From the IMG/VR virus record IMGVR_UViG_2721755643_000005: a stretch of DNA of 44,221 nucleotides. One strand, given 5' to 3'. The notes beneath the pieces were generated by a model that did not search any database, had not been told where the DNA came from, and worked only from the letters and a program-made list of their open reading frames with translations. This document shows positions 1 through 9,452 of the stretch, in pieces. Position numbers and translations under genes: made by a program. Every line of letters begins with the position of its first letter. Position 1 is the first letter of the stretch. Origin of the DNA: a virus (lineage: Duplodnaviria > Heunggongvirae > Uroviricota > Caudoviricetes).

Positions 1-1236
1 CTACGATAACCGCGCATTCAACATGGCTATCTGTTCGTCGTTCATGTCATCAATCCACATACCGTAAATTTCATACACCATTTGCGCAGTTTCATGCCCC
101 ATCTGGCTGGCTATAAATGCCGGGTTCGCTCCTGCCGTCAACAGCCAGCAGGCAAAAGTATGTCGCGTATGGTACGGATTACGGCGGCGAATACCAGCAC
201 GTTTTACTGCTGCATTCCATCTTGCACCCAAACTGCTTACCGAGTAATAAGGTTTCTGTTTTTCGTTACACACCCTGGGCATGAAAACAAAATGCAGTTT
301 TTGCTTTTCAGTTCTGCCGTACTCCCGATGATAAAAAGTGATTTCGCTTTTGCGATGATGCCCGGTCAGTTTGTATTGCTCCTTCAGTGCTTCAAGAGCC
401 GGCTGCAGTAATGTTACCGTCCGGATCCCGGCATTTGTTTTTGGGGGACCGAACATATCAAGTATCGTCAGGTTTCTTCTGACATTCACAATTCCCTTCT
501 CGAAATCCACATCCTCCCACGCCAGAGCTGCCAGTTCCCCGTGACGAAGCCCGGAGTAAACGGCAAATTTCCACAAGTTTTGGCTCTGTCCTTTTTCACT
601 TTCCATTAATGCATTGAATTCTGTTTTAGATAACGGGTCAGGCTTTATTCTGTTTCGCTGTAATTTTTTTACTCCTTCAAATGGTTTGGTTGATATAAAT
701 CCCGACTGATACGCAAAACGTAACAACGAACAGAGCAGGGCGATATAGTTATCAACTGTGCGCACGGTTCTTCCTTTTTTGTTGGATCTTGGATTATCTA
801 GGTAAAGCGTTTCTCCATGCAGCAGTTCATTCCGGTAGTTTAAGATATCGCTATAACGAATATGCGATATCGGGGTACTCTCACAAATTATTATCCTGAG
901 TGTTTTTAATTGTGATTTCGTTTTCTTCATTGTGTTTGTTGTTAACTCTGTCTCTTTAATTTTTGTCCAGATATCACAAAGCTCCCCGAATGTTTTTATG
1001 ACCCTCGTTGTCACCATTTTTGCCCCAGTGCTGGACTGAGGAAAACGTCTTAAATACTCAAATTCACCGGAACTGATTTCATGAACTATCAACGCTCTTA
1101 AATTCCCGGCCTTTTTAATGTTACTGTTAGTAATCTCCCAGCCTTTCAATGTTTCCCGACATCGTTTTCCTCGAAACATGAACCAGATGCGAATGTATTT
1201 ACCTCGAATCTCGACACCTGTTGGTAATTTAGACAT
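1..1236 (-). CDS. int: Phage integrase, tyrosine recombinase family
   Basis: 411-aa ORF at the left edge; C-terminal region has integrase-like catalytic motifs (RHTFAC ... MVYEIYGMW); start lies 1 nt after the stop of an excisionase-like gene, the usual xis-int arrangement. Confidence 0.85.
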   Translation of the reverse strand: MSKLPTGVEIRGKYIRIWFMFRGKRCRETLKGWEITNSNIKKAGNLRALIVHEISSGEFEYLRRFPQSSTGAKMVTTRVIKTFGELCDIWTKIKETELTTNTMKKTKSQLKTLRIIICESTPISHIRYSDILNYRNELLHGETLYLDNPRSNKKGRTVRTVDNYIALLCSLLRFAYQSGFISTKPFEGVKKLQRNRIKPDPLSKTEFNALMESEKGQSQNLWKFAVYSGLRHGELAALAWEDVDFEKGIVNVRRNLTILDMFGPPKTNAGIRTVTLLQPALEALKEQYKLTGHHRKSEITFYHREYGRTEKQKLHFVFMPRVCNEKQKPYYSVSSLGARWNAAVKRAGIRRRNPYHTRHTFACWLLTAGANPAFIASQMGHETAQMVYEIYGMWIDDMNDEQIAMLNARLS

Positions 1237-1237
1237 A

Positions 1238-1453
1238 TCATGAGTCTTTGATAAACTGATTTATCTTCGGATAGTTGTACCAGATAATCCCTCGCTTACT
1301 GTCTGGCTTCCCTAAAGGAGATACTCGTTTGAAGTGGAAGCCTTCCACCCAACAGTTCTGGCGGTATGCTTCAATTTGTCTGGCACCCAGACCAGTGCGA
1401 AGCATCAGGCCGTATTCAACCATCCACTCTTCATTAAAGATTACTTGTGCCAT
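1238..1453 (-). CDS. Excisionase-like protein (resembles Rac YdaQ / DUF1233-type Xis)
   Basis: 71-aa ORF from ATG at 1453 with AGAGGTGA Shine-Dalgarno; sequence [15 protein letters not shown]... recalled as YdaQ-like; directly upstream of int. Confidence 0.55.
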   Translation of the reverse strand: MAQVIFNEEWMVEYGLMLRTGLGARQIEAYRQNCWVEGFHFKRVSPLGKPDSKRGIIWYNYPKINQFIKDS

Positions 1454-1552
1454 CGCATCACCTCTGGCAGGCGCCAATGTTAGGCTGAAATTGACGCCCG
1501 ATGTTGATTATTAATAATCAGCTATGAAGTTTTAATTTGAATACAATGCAAT

Positions 1553-1741
1553 TCACGAGGACTGAAGTTTCTCGCAATTAAAATTTATCAGTTTTACTTT
1601 CTGCTCTCTGGAAACGCCTGCTTCTTTTTCCCCTGAGAGCATTTTTTCGCATTCTGATTTCGTTAGTTTTGTCTTTGAGTATCTTGTCCAGCTGGCAGGA
1701 GAACCACCTTCCTTTTCAATAGTGGCTGTAATTTTATACAT
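1553..1741 (-). CDS. Hypothetical small phage protein
   Basis: 62-aa ORF from ATG at 1741 preceded by GGAGGTG. Confidence 0.4.
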   Translation of the reverse strand: MYKITATIEKEGGSPASWTRYSKTKLTKSECEKMLSGEKEAGVSREQKVKLINFNCEKLQSS

Positions 1742-1791
1742 GAACACCTCCATTAATATTTTCAAAAACCGTGTCCAAAATGCACTTGGTT

Positions 1792-2889
1792 TTACACCGG
1801 AATATTCTCATCGTATCCTGCTTGTTGCGTTTCGTTTTGTGTTTGTGGATCCGGGAATGCATATTCAACGCCTTCCAGTTCAATCCATAGTGCATTACGA
1901 CCAGCTTTGATTGTCGGCCAGTCCATACCTTTGATTCTTTCCCATGAGCGGGAGGTGAATGTTTTTTCCAGCAAATCAGCTTTTGCGCGTTTGGCGTCGT
2001 TACTGGTGCCCCCATGGTGCTTGTTGAGCAACTCGATAATTTCATCAAGTGCGATTTCTTTTGCACGCTTTTCTTTTAGCCATGTCGGTGTACCGTCGTT
2101 GGCAAATAATTCACTGTTATCCCGTGAGGTATCGATGCCGAGGTGTTCACCTCCCAGGTTAAGAAACTCGATATGAGGAAGAAAGTTTTTAAATGTTGGG
2201 TTTGAAAATACCTGTCCATCAATACGGGTGGAGCGATCTTTTAGTATTCTGGCGGTGCGCCACACCTGACCGGTTTCTATGTTCATTTGCTTCTCCATCT
2301 GGATCAGGATGGAGGGTTCATAACCGGTTTCTGTTTCTGCTTTCATTTTTATACCGGTTTTTGCCAACTGGCGTTTGCCATCATCACCTTCGAAAAAGTC
2401 ATACTCATATCCTGCACGCCCGCACATAATAATGTGCGCCTGACTGTTAACAAATCGATCGGTAAAGCGTCGCCACTCCTGTTTGAGCCACGCCCAGTCT
2501 GAAAATTCCAGTCCTCGTTTACGGTTTCGGCGTCTGGCATACTCGTCGCATAATCCGGTCCAGAAGTGACTGATGGAGTCGATGATCATTACGGAACCGC
2601 TGCTTTCCGCTTCATTAATGGCTTCAAGCAGATCAACAAACGAGCGGGTTTTTGCCGTAAATAATTCGATATTTTCCGCATCAAAGCGGGGTTTAACCCA
2701 GTCAGAGCCTGTTTCTGTGTCCAGAAACATTACCGGGCGGTTACCAGCTTCAATTCCCCGTTGCCGCATAAGCATTACCAGACCAATAGCCAGTTCGCTT
2801 GCTGTGTAGGTTTTGCCGTCGCCAGCAAACCCCATAATTCCTGCTTTTAGATAGGCCTGTGTGTTTATTGCTCGTTGAAAAAGCGCCAT
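1792..2889 (-). CDS. P-loop ATPase, possibly Sak4/RecA-like recombination ATPase (product uncertain)
   Basis: 365-aa ORF; N-terminal Walker A GFAGDGKT and Walker B-like VMIIDSISHFW; GGAGGA upstream; tightly packed with neighbouring genes. Confidence 0.6.
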   Translation of the reverse strand: MALFQRAINTQAYLKAGIMGFAGDGKTYTASELAIGLVMLMRQRGIEAGNRPVMFLDTETGSDWVKPRFDAENIELFTAKTRSFVDLLEAINEAESSGSVMIIDSISHFWTGLCDEYARRRNRKRGLEFSDWAWLKQEWRRFTDRFVNSQAHIIMCGRAGYEYDFFEGDDGKRQLAKTGIKMKAETETGYEPSILIQMEKQMNIETGQVWRTARILKDRSTRIDGQVFSNPTFKNFLPHIEFLNLGGEHLGIDTSRDNSELFANDGTPTWLKEKRAKEIALDEIIELLNKHHGGTSNDAKRAKADLLEKTFTSRSWERIKGMDWPTIKAGRNALWIELEGVEYAFPDPQTQNETQQAGYDENIPV

Positions 2890-2894
2890 AGATT

Positions 2895-3191
2895 TTAGTC
2901 CTCCAAATCAATATCAACCTGGTGGTGGGCAATGGTTTCAGCCATGTACCGGATGTGTTCTGCCATGCGCTCCTGAAACTCAACATCATCATCAAATGCG
3001 TGGCTGATTGCCTGTTTATTGGCACCGTGGCGTTGCAAATGGTCGATGCAGAGCGATTCAAACAGGTGCTGAGGCAGACCTTTTTCCAGGTCGTCCGCCA
3101 GTTCCGTTTCTTTTTCTTCACGAACGATCTGCTGGTAGTGGCGAGCCCATGCCATTTCTTCAATACGATCAAAAATCGGGTAAGCGCTCAT
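2895..3191 (-). CDS. Hypothetical protein
   Basis: 98-aa ORF from ATG at 3191 with GGAGTGA SD; overlaps the stop of the upstream 646-aa gene, suggesting coupling. Confidence 0.45.
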   Translation of the reverse strand: MSAYPIFDRIEEMAWARHYQQIVREEKETELADDLEKGLPQHLFESLCIDHLQRHGANKQAISHAFDDDVEFQERMAEHIRYMAETIAHHQVDIDLED

Positions 3192-5109
3192 CACTGGTCA
3201 CTCCAAAATTTTCAAGCTTGTTGGCAATCATCATTGCGATGTCAGGGATTGCAGGCGCATAGGCTATGCACGCAGGATTCGCACATAAACCGTAAACCGC
3301 CGCAATCAACACCTGTTTTTTCCAGTTGAGTTCATCTTCGCCAGTTTCATTATTGCTATCATTATGCTGATCGCTGCCAGCGTTCTCCGGTAACAAATCA
3401 TCAGCTTTTTCCGTTTTCTTCGGCTCTTCTTCCTGTGCTTCATCTGGTTTTTTTTCGTCAAAAGTTTCCTGATAAGTTGCGTCTCCCATCACCGCGCCAC
3501 AGTCAGGGCAGTTATCCTCGCCAGTCTGATTGCAGGGTGTTCCCTCCTCCGGTTCGCTGTTCTGGTGCTGTTTATCTTCAGTCTGTCGCACTTCATTTTC
3601 CGTTTTTTTGACTTCATTTGAGGAGATATGATGACCGGGAATCCATTTCGAATCATTCGGGTCGCTAATCCCTTCAACAAATTCTCCGCGAGAGGCAGCC
3701 AGTAATTTGTCTGCATCGACAGGATTTTTGGGCGGAATGTTTTTCCGGGCTTCATGGAGTTCTGTCCGCAGTTTCTGATATTTCGCATCAACAGCATTTA
3801 CCTGTGACTGAGCATCCAGCGGCTGCGTGTCCTGATGATGTTCAGTTGCATCCGGTTCCACTGTTTCAGCCGTTGCCTGTTCATCTGCCATTGCGCAAGA
3901 TGGTTGCGGTTTTTCTTCATCATCCTGTTTTCCTTCTTCTGTTACACGTTGCGGCATCGGGGCAGAGGAGCGACCGCAGGCAATATCCACGATTTCCGGA
4001 TCAGGGTTGGCATGATCGGTTTCAGTCAGTACCTTGTTCAGATATTCAGTGACGTGCGCGGGGATGACCTCGATACCAATCGGCGCTTCTTTCACTGACG
4101 CAACCACGATGGCGCGGGAATAATCCATCCCGCCAGGCATGGTGATGAATTTGTCGCGGAAAACAGAAAAGGGCGGTTTATTTTCAGCGATAATTTCCTC
4201 GACACGTTTAGCGTGTGCCGGATGAAGGTTATAAATATCCACGTCCATTGAACGGGCCAGTACGCCAGTGGCTACGTCGCGCGCCAGCGACGTCAGATCG
4301 TGGACGAAACCTTCGCCGCGATCGGTGAGGTTCCCGCCGCCAGCATTAGCACCGGAAGCCGTGCGAGTGATACGCGAAACACGATTTCCTTTCATCCACT
4401 CTTTTGTCAGCAGACCGCGATCGGTGTAGTTGGCATCCAGATATGCTTCGAAAAAAGCAGTCATCAGTCCCAGATTTGAATTGCCTGGATTAGGGAAAAC
4501 TCTGTCAGTATCACGCACCAGTTTGTGGAGATCGCGAATTTCCAGCGGATCGAGCAGGCTGGTTTTGTGGGAAACAGCCAGGGCAGTAACAGCTGGTAGT
4601 TCTTCATCCCGAGCAATGTGTAATGCCTGGAGTTCATCGCGTGAAACGTGCGTTACCGGTTTTTCGCTGCCGTGTTGCGCAAGCCAACGAATGGGCAGCT
4701 CCTGGCCAGAAATCGGGAGTAGCATATTCTCCTCAATCTCAGTCATGTCTTCGCCGTTGACGTTGGTATTGTCAGTGCTGGCTGGTTTGTCCTGAACAGA
4801 GGGAGAAGATGCGATAAATACCATTGTGATGCCATCTTCCCCGCCTTTTTCGTAACGGTTGCAGAATTCCGTATCAAACACGCCTTCTGGTGGGAGGTCA
4901 TCAACAACGGGCAAATTGACGCGAACAGGTTTTTTAAAGTCATCTTCATCGTAGCCAGCATCGTCAATCGCAACAGCACCACGGGAGATGGCAATGGATA
5001 ATTTTTTCGCTTCAGCCCAGTAAAAACCGCCTTTAATACCGAGGCGTTTTCTTACTTTGTCATTTTTTGCTTCGTAATACAGTGGGTAAACTTGTTTATC
5101 GGTGCTCAT
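3169..5109 (-). CDS. Hypothetical large protein with acidic low-complexity region and C-terminal Cys-rich zinc-ribbon-like motif
   Basis: 646-aa uninterrupted ORF; motif [13 protein letters not shown] and C-terminal CANPAC; long D/E-rich stretch; no family recognised from sequence alone. Confidence 0.6.
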   Translation of the reverse strand: MSTDKQVYPLYYEAKNDKVRKRLGIKGGFYWAEAKKLSIAISRGAVAIDDAGYDEDDFKKPVRVNLPVVDDLPPEGVFDTEFCNRYEKGGEDGITMVFIASSPSVQDKPASTDNTNVNGEDMTEIEENMLLPISGQELPIRWLAQHGSEKPVTHVSRDELQALHIARDEELPAVTALAVSHKTSLLDPLEIRDLHKLVRDTDRVFPNPGNSNLGLMTAFFEAYLDANYTDRGLLTKEWMKGNRVSRITRTASGANAGGGNLTDRGEGFVHDLTSLARDVATGVLARSMDVDIYNLHPAHAKRVEEIIAENKPPFSVFRDKFITMPGGMDYSRAIVVASVKEAPIGIEVIPAHVTEYLNKVLTETDHANPDPEIVDIACGRSSAPMPQRVTEEGKQDDEEKPQPSCAMADEQATAETVEPDATEHHQDTQPLDAQSQVNAVDAKYQKLRTELHEARKNIPPKNPVDADKLLAASRGEFVEGISDPNDSKWIPGHHISSNEVKKTENEVRQTEDKQHQNSEPEEGTPCNQTGEDNCPDCGAVMGDATYQETFDEKKPDEAQEEEPKKTEKADDLLPENAGSDQHNDSNNETGEDELNWKKQVLIAAVYGLCANPACIAYAPAIPDIAMMIANKLENFGVTSDERLPDF

Positions 5110-5132
5110 TGTTTTTTAACCTCAACTCATAT

Positions 5133-5429
5133 TCAGATTGCATAAAAGAAACGAACTGATGATGCGATATGAGAGAGTTCTTTCAGTCGTTGATAACTGA
5201 TACCGTATTTCTTGTCAGCCTCTTCAATGCGAGCTGTGAGTAATGCAATTTCTTTAATGGCACATACACAACAATCAAATGTTCCCAGAACGTAACCGTC
5301 ATCAATAATTACCGTGACGTTTTCTTTTTGGGAAATCTGAATGAAACTATGTAATGTATTCCCACATTTAAATTCGGCGAGAGAATCGTTAATAACATCA
5401 AGTTCAATTTCACATTCAATAATGCTCAT
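5133..5429 (-). CDS. Hypothetical protein
   Basis: 98-aa ORF from ATG at 5429 preceded by AGGAAACAGCA. Confidence 0.4.
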   Translation of the reverse strand: MSIIECEIELDVINDSLAEFKCGNTLHSFIQISQKENVTVIIDDGYVLGTFDCCVCAIKEIALLTARIEEADKKYGISYQRLKELSHIASSVRFFYAI

Positions 5430-5503
5430 TGCTGTTTCCTTTTTTAAGGTTGAGTGAATCCCTGCCATTGCTGGCATAAATTCAGTTTCGAATATTCAGT
5501 TAA

Positions 5504-5791
5504 TTAAAGTTCGTGTGCCATCTTGTCTTTTTCGGCACAAGCTGCACTGCAATATTTTCGTTTCTTTCTGGCAATCATGTTTCCATGCATATAAATAAGC
5601 TCGCCAGTAAAAGCTTTTTCAGGTAAAAACTGTTTATTGCAGAGATGGTAATCACATTGTATTAAATCCAGGTCACCTTTTTGCTGGAGAATTTTTCTGA
5701 TTCTCCACAGCCATTTTTTAATCCCGGTATGACTGATGGTCTGCCTGAGGGCAGGTGTAAAACAATAATCAAGCATGGGGTTCATATCCAT
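5504..5791 (-). CDS. Hypothetical Cys-rich small protein
   Basis: 95-aa ORF with CDYHLC ... CSAAC cysteine pairs; exact start among 5791/5785/5776 uncertain. Confidence 0.4.
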   Translation of the reverse strand: MDMNPMLDYCFTPALRQTISHTGIKKWLWRIRKILQQKGDLDLIQCDYHLCNKQFLPEKAFTGELIYMHGNMIARKKRKYCSAACAEKDKMAHEL

Positions 5792-5801
5792 AGCTCCATT
5801 T

Positions 5802-6650
5802 TTATTTTAAGGAAAGCAACTGCTCTACGGTCATGTTTTTAATTGCGCCCCGGTTTACAAGAGTCCAGCCCTGTTTTTCCAGGTAGAACTGGAAAGTATC
5901 CAGGGTACAGACCAGTGCGCCATCAGGAACAGTTTCGGTGAATCTGATATTGCCGCGTTCGTCGAAGTGAACTACGAGAGTACGGCCATCTCCTGGGATA
6001 ATTTTGTCAGCGGGCAGGGTATTATTCTGGCGCAGTTCGGCCTCCATGCGGTCGAATTCAGCGATGTAGGCCTCTTTGAATGCAGCGGCTTTTTTACCAG
6101 TGAAACCCATCACCAGGAAAACGAAGCCGTTTTTGGTGATTTGGTACATTGGGCGTTTTTCGCCTTTGGCGTCGGTATAGGTGACGGGCTTAAAATTAAG
6201 CCGGTTAAACTCCGGCGAGCATTCGAGAGTTTCGATCTTCTGAATAACGTTTTTGTGCATTTTCCGGAAGAACTCCGCAACCGCAACAGACGTAGTGACA
6301 GCGCGACCATTTTCGATGGTTACGTCAGGGTGAGAAAGGGTAAGGATAGTAGCCATGATGGCAGCCTCGATAGTCAGTTTAAATAACTCACCACCAGAGG
6401 TAGCAATCTCATGGGTGGTGAGACGCACAGGGTTGCTACAACCGGTGACTACCGAAACCGGCCAGCCTTGCGGCTGCCCTGCACGCCCCACCATAATCTG
6501 AATGTGGCTGTGCTTGACGCATAAAAAAACCGCCTGAGCGCGGTTATGCGCAGTAGTCATCGTCGGGGTAGCAATCCCGGCACCCGTTTTATGAGGTGCA
6601 GGTGCACTATAATTCCACCCGTTCTGGTTTTCAATAGCTACATTCAACAT
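5802..6650 (-). CDS. Rha-family phage regulatory protein
   Basis: C-terminal half carries the Rha-type signature (AVAEFFRKMHKNV ... YQITKNGFVFLVMGFTGKKAAAFKEAYIAEFDRMEAEL); N-terminal extent and true start uncertain. Confidence 0.6.
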   Translation of the reverse strand: MLNVAIENQNGWNYSAPAPHKTGAGIATPTMTTAHNRAQAVFLCVKHSHIQIMVGRAGQPQGWPVSVVTGCSNPVRLTTHEIATSGGELFKLTIEAAIMATILTLSHPDVTIENGRAVTTSVAVAEFFRKMHKNVIQKIETLECSPEFNRLNFKPVTYTDAKGEKRPMYQITKNGFVFLVMGFTGKKAAAFKEAYIAEFDRMEAELRQNNTLPADKIIPGDGRTLVVHFDERGNIRFTETVPDGALVCTLDTFQFYLEKQGWTLVNRGAIKNMTVEQLLSLK

Positions 6651-6838
6651 TTTCTCTTACCTTTCATCACCGAAGTGAACTTTGTTGATGCGGTGCCTGG
6701 TGCCTCCAGGTGACGTTAACCAGTTAACAATTAACGCCGGATACAGGGATACCCATAACCACCCGATACGTGGGAACTAATCGCTTTTTAACTGTTCCGC
6801 GTGCGCTGAGCCGCATTCACCGCATCACAAAATTCACT

Positions 6839-6949
6839 TTAAAAAGGGCGGACATCAGCCAGCAATGAAACTGATGCCGCCAAAATCCACTCATAAAGTT
6901 CATCATCGGTATAGTCTGGCGCGATGATGACGGGTTCTCGTTTCTGCAT
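6839..6949 (-). CDS. Small ORF (36 aa), possibly not translated
   Basis: ATG at 6949 with GAGGAA SD; overlaps the DicF-like hairpin, so coding status is doubtful. Confidence 0.25.
   Translation of the reverse strand: MQKREPVIIAPDYTDDELYEWILAASVSLLADVRPF
6841..6900 (-). ncRNA. Candidate DicF-like small RNA with terminator hairpin
   Basis: Minus-strand sequence TTTGGCGGCATCAGTTTCATTGCTGGCTGATGTCCGCCCTTTTT resembles the recalled E. coli DicF core (TTTGGCGGTATCAGTTTTAC...GCCGCCC) and forms a hairpin followed by a T-run; sits downstream of YdfA/YdfB-like ORFs as in Qin. Confidence 0.35.
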
Positions 6950-6977
6950 ACTGATTCCTCGCGTGCTGTTTCGCTTA

Positions 6978-7106
6978 TCAGCCGTTAGATTTTGCCGAAC
7001 TGGAAAGCGCCTGTTTAAACTCACTGAAGCTGAGAGCTTCTTCGCCTTCGGCAAGGCCTTCGAAGTATTCTTCGTAAGCCTTTTTCATGATTGTGTCGAA
7101 ATCCAT
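6978..7106 (-). CDS. Small protein resembling Qin prophage YdfB
   Basis: 42-aa ORF MDFDTIMKKAYEEYFEGL...; AGGTGA SD; starts 1 nt after the upstream stop. Confidence 0.45.
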   Translation of the reverse strand: MDFDTIMKKAYEEYFEGLAEGEEALSFSEFKQALSSSAKSNG

Positions 7107-7107
7107 A

Positions 7108-7263
7108 TTACTCACCTGAGTTTCTTTCCAGCCAGCGACGCGCGCCAGATTCGGTTTTAAACGTTTTGCTTTTGGTATACGTCATCGCGGTGAACGTGCC
7201 GTCCTGGTTGGGAAACACGCCACACACCAGGGATTCGTTGTTGCCAAGATCGATAGTATCCAT
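7108..7263 (-). CDS. Small protein resembling Qin prophage YdfA (DUF1391-like)
   Basis: 51-aa ORF MDTIDLGNNESLVCGVFPNQDGTFTAMTYTKSKTFKTESGARRWLERNSGE; first gene of the leftward operon from the immunity region. Confidence 0.5.
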   Translation of the reverse strand: MDTIDLGNNESLVCGVFPNQDGTFTAMTYTKSKTFKTESGARRWLERNSGE

Positions 7264-7430
7264 GCTGACCTCATTTCCCCTTAACGCCGGGTGGCGGAAC
7301 TAAAACCTGTCGCACCGTTGTGCTTTGATGGAATACATTGTTCTCTTTAAATGAACATATGTCAACATTATGAATTCATAAAAGGCAAAAAAAACCGCCT
7401 TTCGGCGGTATTGTTTTGTAAAATAAAGAA

Positions 7431-7820
7431 TTATTTTTGACGCGTTGCTGGGTCAACGTATTCTGAATAAAATTCAGTCAGTTTTTGAAGTCGCATTTGA
7501 AAAGCTGCAAGCATATTTCTGCGTTCTACAGGTGGCAGATTTCTGTAAACATCAAGCAGGGCTTTCTCATCATCATCAAGTGTCTCTCTATTGCTATCTT
7601 CTTTTCCTGTCAGCAACCAGGAAAGGGATACGTTTGTAGCTTCTGCAATTTTTGCCGCGGAATCTTTACTGATTGTTCCTCTTTTTTTCCATGCGTTAAC
7701 TGACGAGCGACCTACACCAGCGATACGCGCTAAATCTGAACCGCTTAAGTGATGCTGTTGCGAGATCGTATCTAACCTTTCTGCCAGCGGGGTGTCGTAT
7801 TGCTTTTTTCTCATGTCCAT
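7431..7820 (-). CDS. Prophage repressor, DicA/RacR-like HTH (XRE family), no S24 peptidase domain
   Basis: 129-aa ORF with HTH (SDLARIAGVGRSSVNAWKK) and C-terminal region parallel to DicA; divergent from a cro-like gene. Confidence 0.8.
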   Translation of the reverse strand: MDMRKKQYDTPLAERLDTISQQHHLSGSDLARIAGVGRSSVNAWKKRGTISKDSAAKIAEATNVSLSWLLTGKEDSNRETLDDDEKALLDVYRNLPPVERRNMLAAFQMRLQKLTEFYSEYVDPATRQK

Positions 7821-7924
7821 TTGGCAATTATAACCGTTCAGTGAACACTAACAATTTCTCAGGGTGTTGACTTACGTTCTTTTTAAGTGAACAATTGTTG
7901 TGTTTGATTGAAGTGGAGGATTGT
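7821..7924. promoter_or_regulatory. Divergent immunity-region promoter/operator region
   Basis: TTGACT (7867-7872), 17-nt spacer, AACAAT (7890-7895) facing the cro-like gene; 10-bp palindrome AACAATTGTT (7890-7899); GTGAACA repeated at 7841-7847 and 7887-7893. Confidence 0.5.
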
Positions 7925-8200
7925 ATGACTGCTTTGGATAAAGCAATAAAGATTGCTGGTGGTATTCGCCCGTTAGGGCGCGCAATAGGGGCCTGGCCGT
8001 CCCAAATACACAAATGGGTAAATGAATACCATGGTCGAGTGCCGACAGGAGAACGAGTTCGCCAAATTTACCTTGCAACTGGGGTTACTCCTCATGAGTT
8101 GCGGCCAGATTTGTACCCCAACCCAACCGACGGTTTACCTGTTGGATGTAAGGCTAGCACACAAAATTCACGGGGGATGATTCATGAAAATCAGGCATGA
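7925..8200 (+). CDS. Cro/DicC/YdaS-like DNA-binding protein
   Basis: 91-aa ORF from ATG at 7925 after GGAGG; sequence MTALDKAIKIAGGIRPLGRAIG... resembles YdaS/DicC; divergent from repressor. Confidence 0.7.
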   Translation: MTALDKAIKIAGGIRPLGRAIGAWPSQIHKWVNEYHGRVPTGERVRQIYLATGVTPHELRPDLYPNPTDGLPVGCKASTQNSRGMIHENQA

Positions 8201-8606
8201 GCACATCGAATCAGTGTTGTTAGCCCTGGCAGCCGAAAAAGGGCAGGCGTGGGTTGCCAACGCACTGACTGAAGAATATCTGCGCCAGGGGGGAGGTGAA
8301 TTGTCTCTGACACCAGGCAAGGACTGGAATAATCAGCAGAACATCTATCATCGTTGGTTAAAAGGTGAAACGAAAGCGCAAAGGGAAAAAATTCAGAAAC
8401 TGATCCCTGCGGTTCTGGCAATTCTTCCGCGTGAGCTGCGTCACCGACTCTGTATCTTCGATACCCTGGAACGCCGTGCATTACTGGCGGCGCAGGAAGC
8501 GTTGAGTACGGCAATTGATGCGCATGATGACGCAGTTCAGGCCGTTTACCGGAAAGCACATTTCAGCGGTGGTGGGTCGTCCGACGATTCTGTCGTTGTG
8601 CATTGA
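8184..8606 (+). CDS. YdaT-like regulator (proposed CII functional analogue)
   Basis: 140-aa ORF MKIRHEHIESVLLALAAEKGQAWVANALTEEYLRQGGG... recalled as Rac YdaT-like; overlaps cro-like stop. Confidence 0.65.
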   Translation: MKIRHEHIESVLLALAAEKGQAWVANALTEEYLRQGGGELSLTPGKDWNNQQNIYHRWLKGETKAQREKIQKLIPAVLAILPRELRHRLCIFDTLERRALLAAQEALSTAIDAHDDAVQAVYRKAHFSGGGSSDDSVVVH

Positions 8607-8696
8607 TGTTTATGCCGAACCTCCTCTGGTTCTGTTGATTGGGGAATCACAGATTATATCCGGAGGAAGGTTCGGCACCAGACGAGGTTTCTATAT

Positions 8697-9452
8697 ATGA
8701 GCATGAAACTAATGGCAAAAGCAATGGAAATTAAAGTGGGTAATCCATTGCGTAAGCTGGTTCTGATTAAGCTGGCTGATAATGCCAGCGATCAGGGCGA
8801 GTGCTGGCCCAGCTACCAGTATATCGCTGACCAGTGCGAGATTAGCAAGCGTTCTGTGATTAATCATATTGCGGCGCTTTGTGAGTCCGGGCTGGTAAAA
8901 AAAATCACCCGGAAAGGTGAAAAAGGTAATACAAGTAATATCTATCTCCTTCATCTGGATGGTGCAGAAAATTTACCGGGGAATAGTGCAAATAATTCGC
9001 TACATTGTGCATCAGATGCATCGGGTAGCGCAGGAGTTGCACCTGTTGCCAGTGCAGGAGTTGCACCCAGAACCAGTCACTCTTTTGAACCAGTCAATGA
9101 ACCTGATGTTGGTGGATCTGCTGACGCAGATCCACAGGTCAGTCATCGCGCAAAAAACAAAATCGACTGGCAGAGGGTTCTGGACAGCTATCACGAAATC
9201 CTGCCTGAAATGCCATCAGTGAAAATTCTGACGGATACCAGGAAAAAAAATCTGCGGACGTTCTGGCAGAAATTCGGTTTTGACCAGCAGCGATGGGAGT
9301 CCTATCTGCGATACGTTGCTGAGAACTGTCGCTGGATGCTGGAAGATCGTCCCAATGGCAGCGGTGGGTTCTGGAAGCGTAAAAACCTGGATTACCTGAT
9401 CACCGAACGGTGCTATGTCGCTGTCAAAGAGGCGCGGGCAAATGACAGATAA
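8697..9452 (+). CDS. Replication initiation protein, O-like (N-terminal HTH)
   Basis: 251-aa ORF directly upstream of and overlapping a DnaB-type helicase; contains internal direct DNA repeats (candidate iterons). Confidence 0.6.
   Translation: MSMKLMAKAMEIKVGNPLRKLVLIKLADNASDQGECWPSYQYIADQCEISKRSVINHIAALCESGLVKKITRKGEKGNTSNIYLLHLDGAENLPGNSANNSLHCASDASGSAGVAPVASAGVAPRTSHSFEPVNEPDVGGSADADPQVSHRAKNKIDWQRVLDSYHEILPEMPSVKILTDTRKKNLRTFWQKFGFDQQRWESYLRYVAENCRWMLEDRPNGSGGFWKRKNLDYLITERCYVAVKEARANDR
9027..9100. repeat. Direct repeats inside O-like gene, candidate origin iterons
   Basis: GCAGGAGTTGCACC at 9030-9043 and 9054-9067; GAACCAGTCA-type repeat at 9071-9079 and 9087-9096. Confidence 0.35.

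Noticed and set aside
82-411. 109-aa plus-strand ORF
   Set aside because: Antisense to and fully inside the integrase gene; no RBS; typical shadow ORF.
1275-1514. 79-aa plus-strand ORF
   Set aside because: Antisense to the excisionase-like gene; shadow ORF.
3489-4098. Several 80-100-aa ORFs on both strands
   Set aside because: All lie inside the 646-aa gene in other frames; low-complexity translations.
6924-7303. Plus-strand ORFs of 70-78 aa
   Set aside because: Antisense to the YdfA/YdfB-like small genes, which have good RBSs and coupled spacing.
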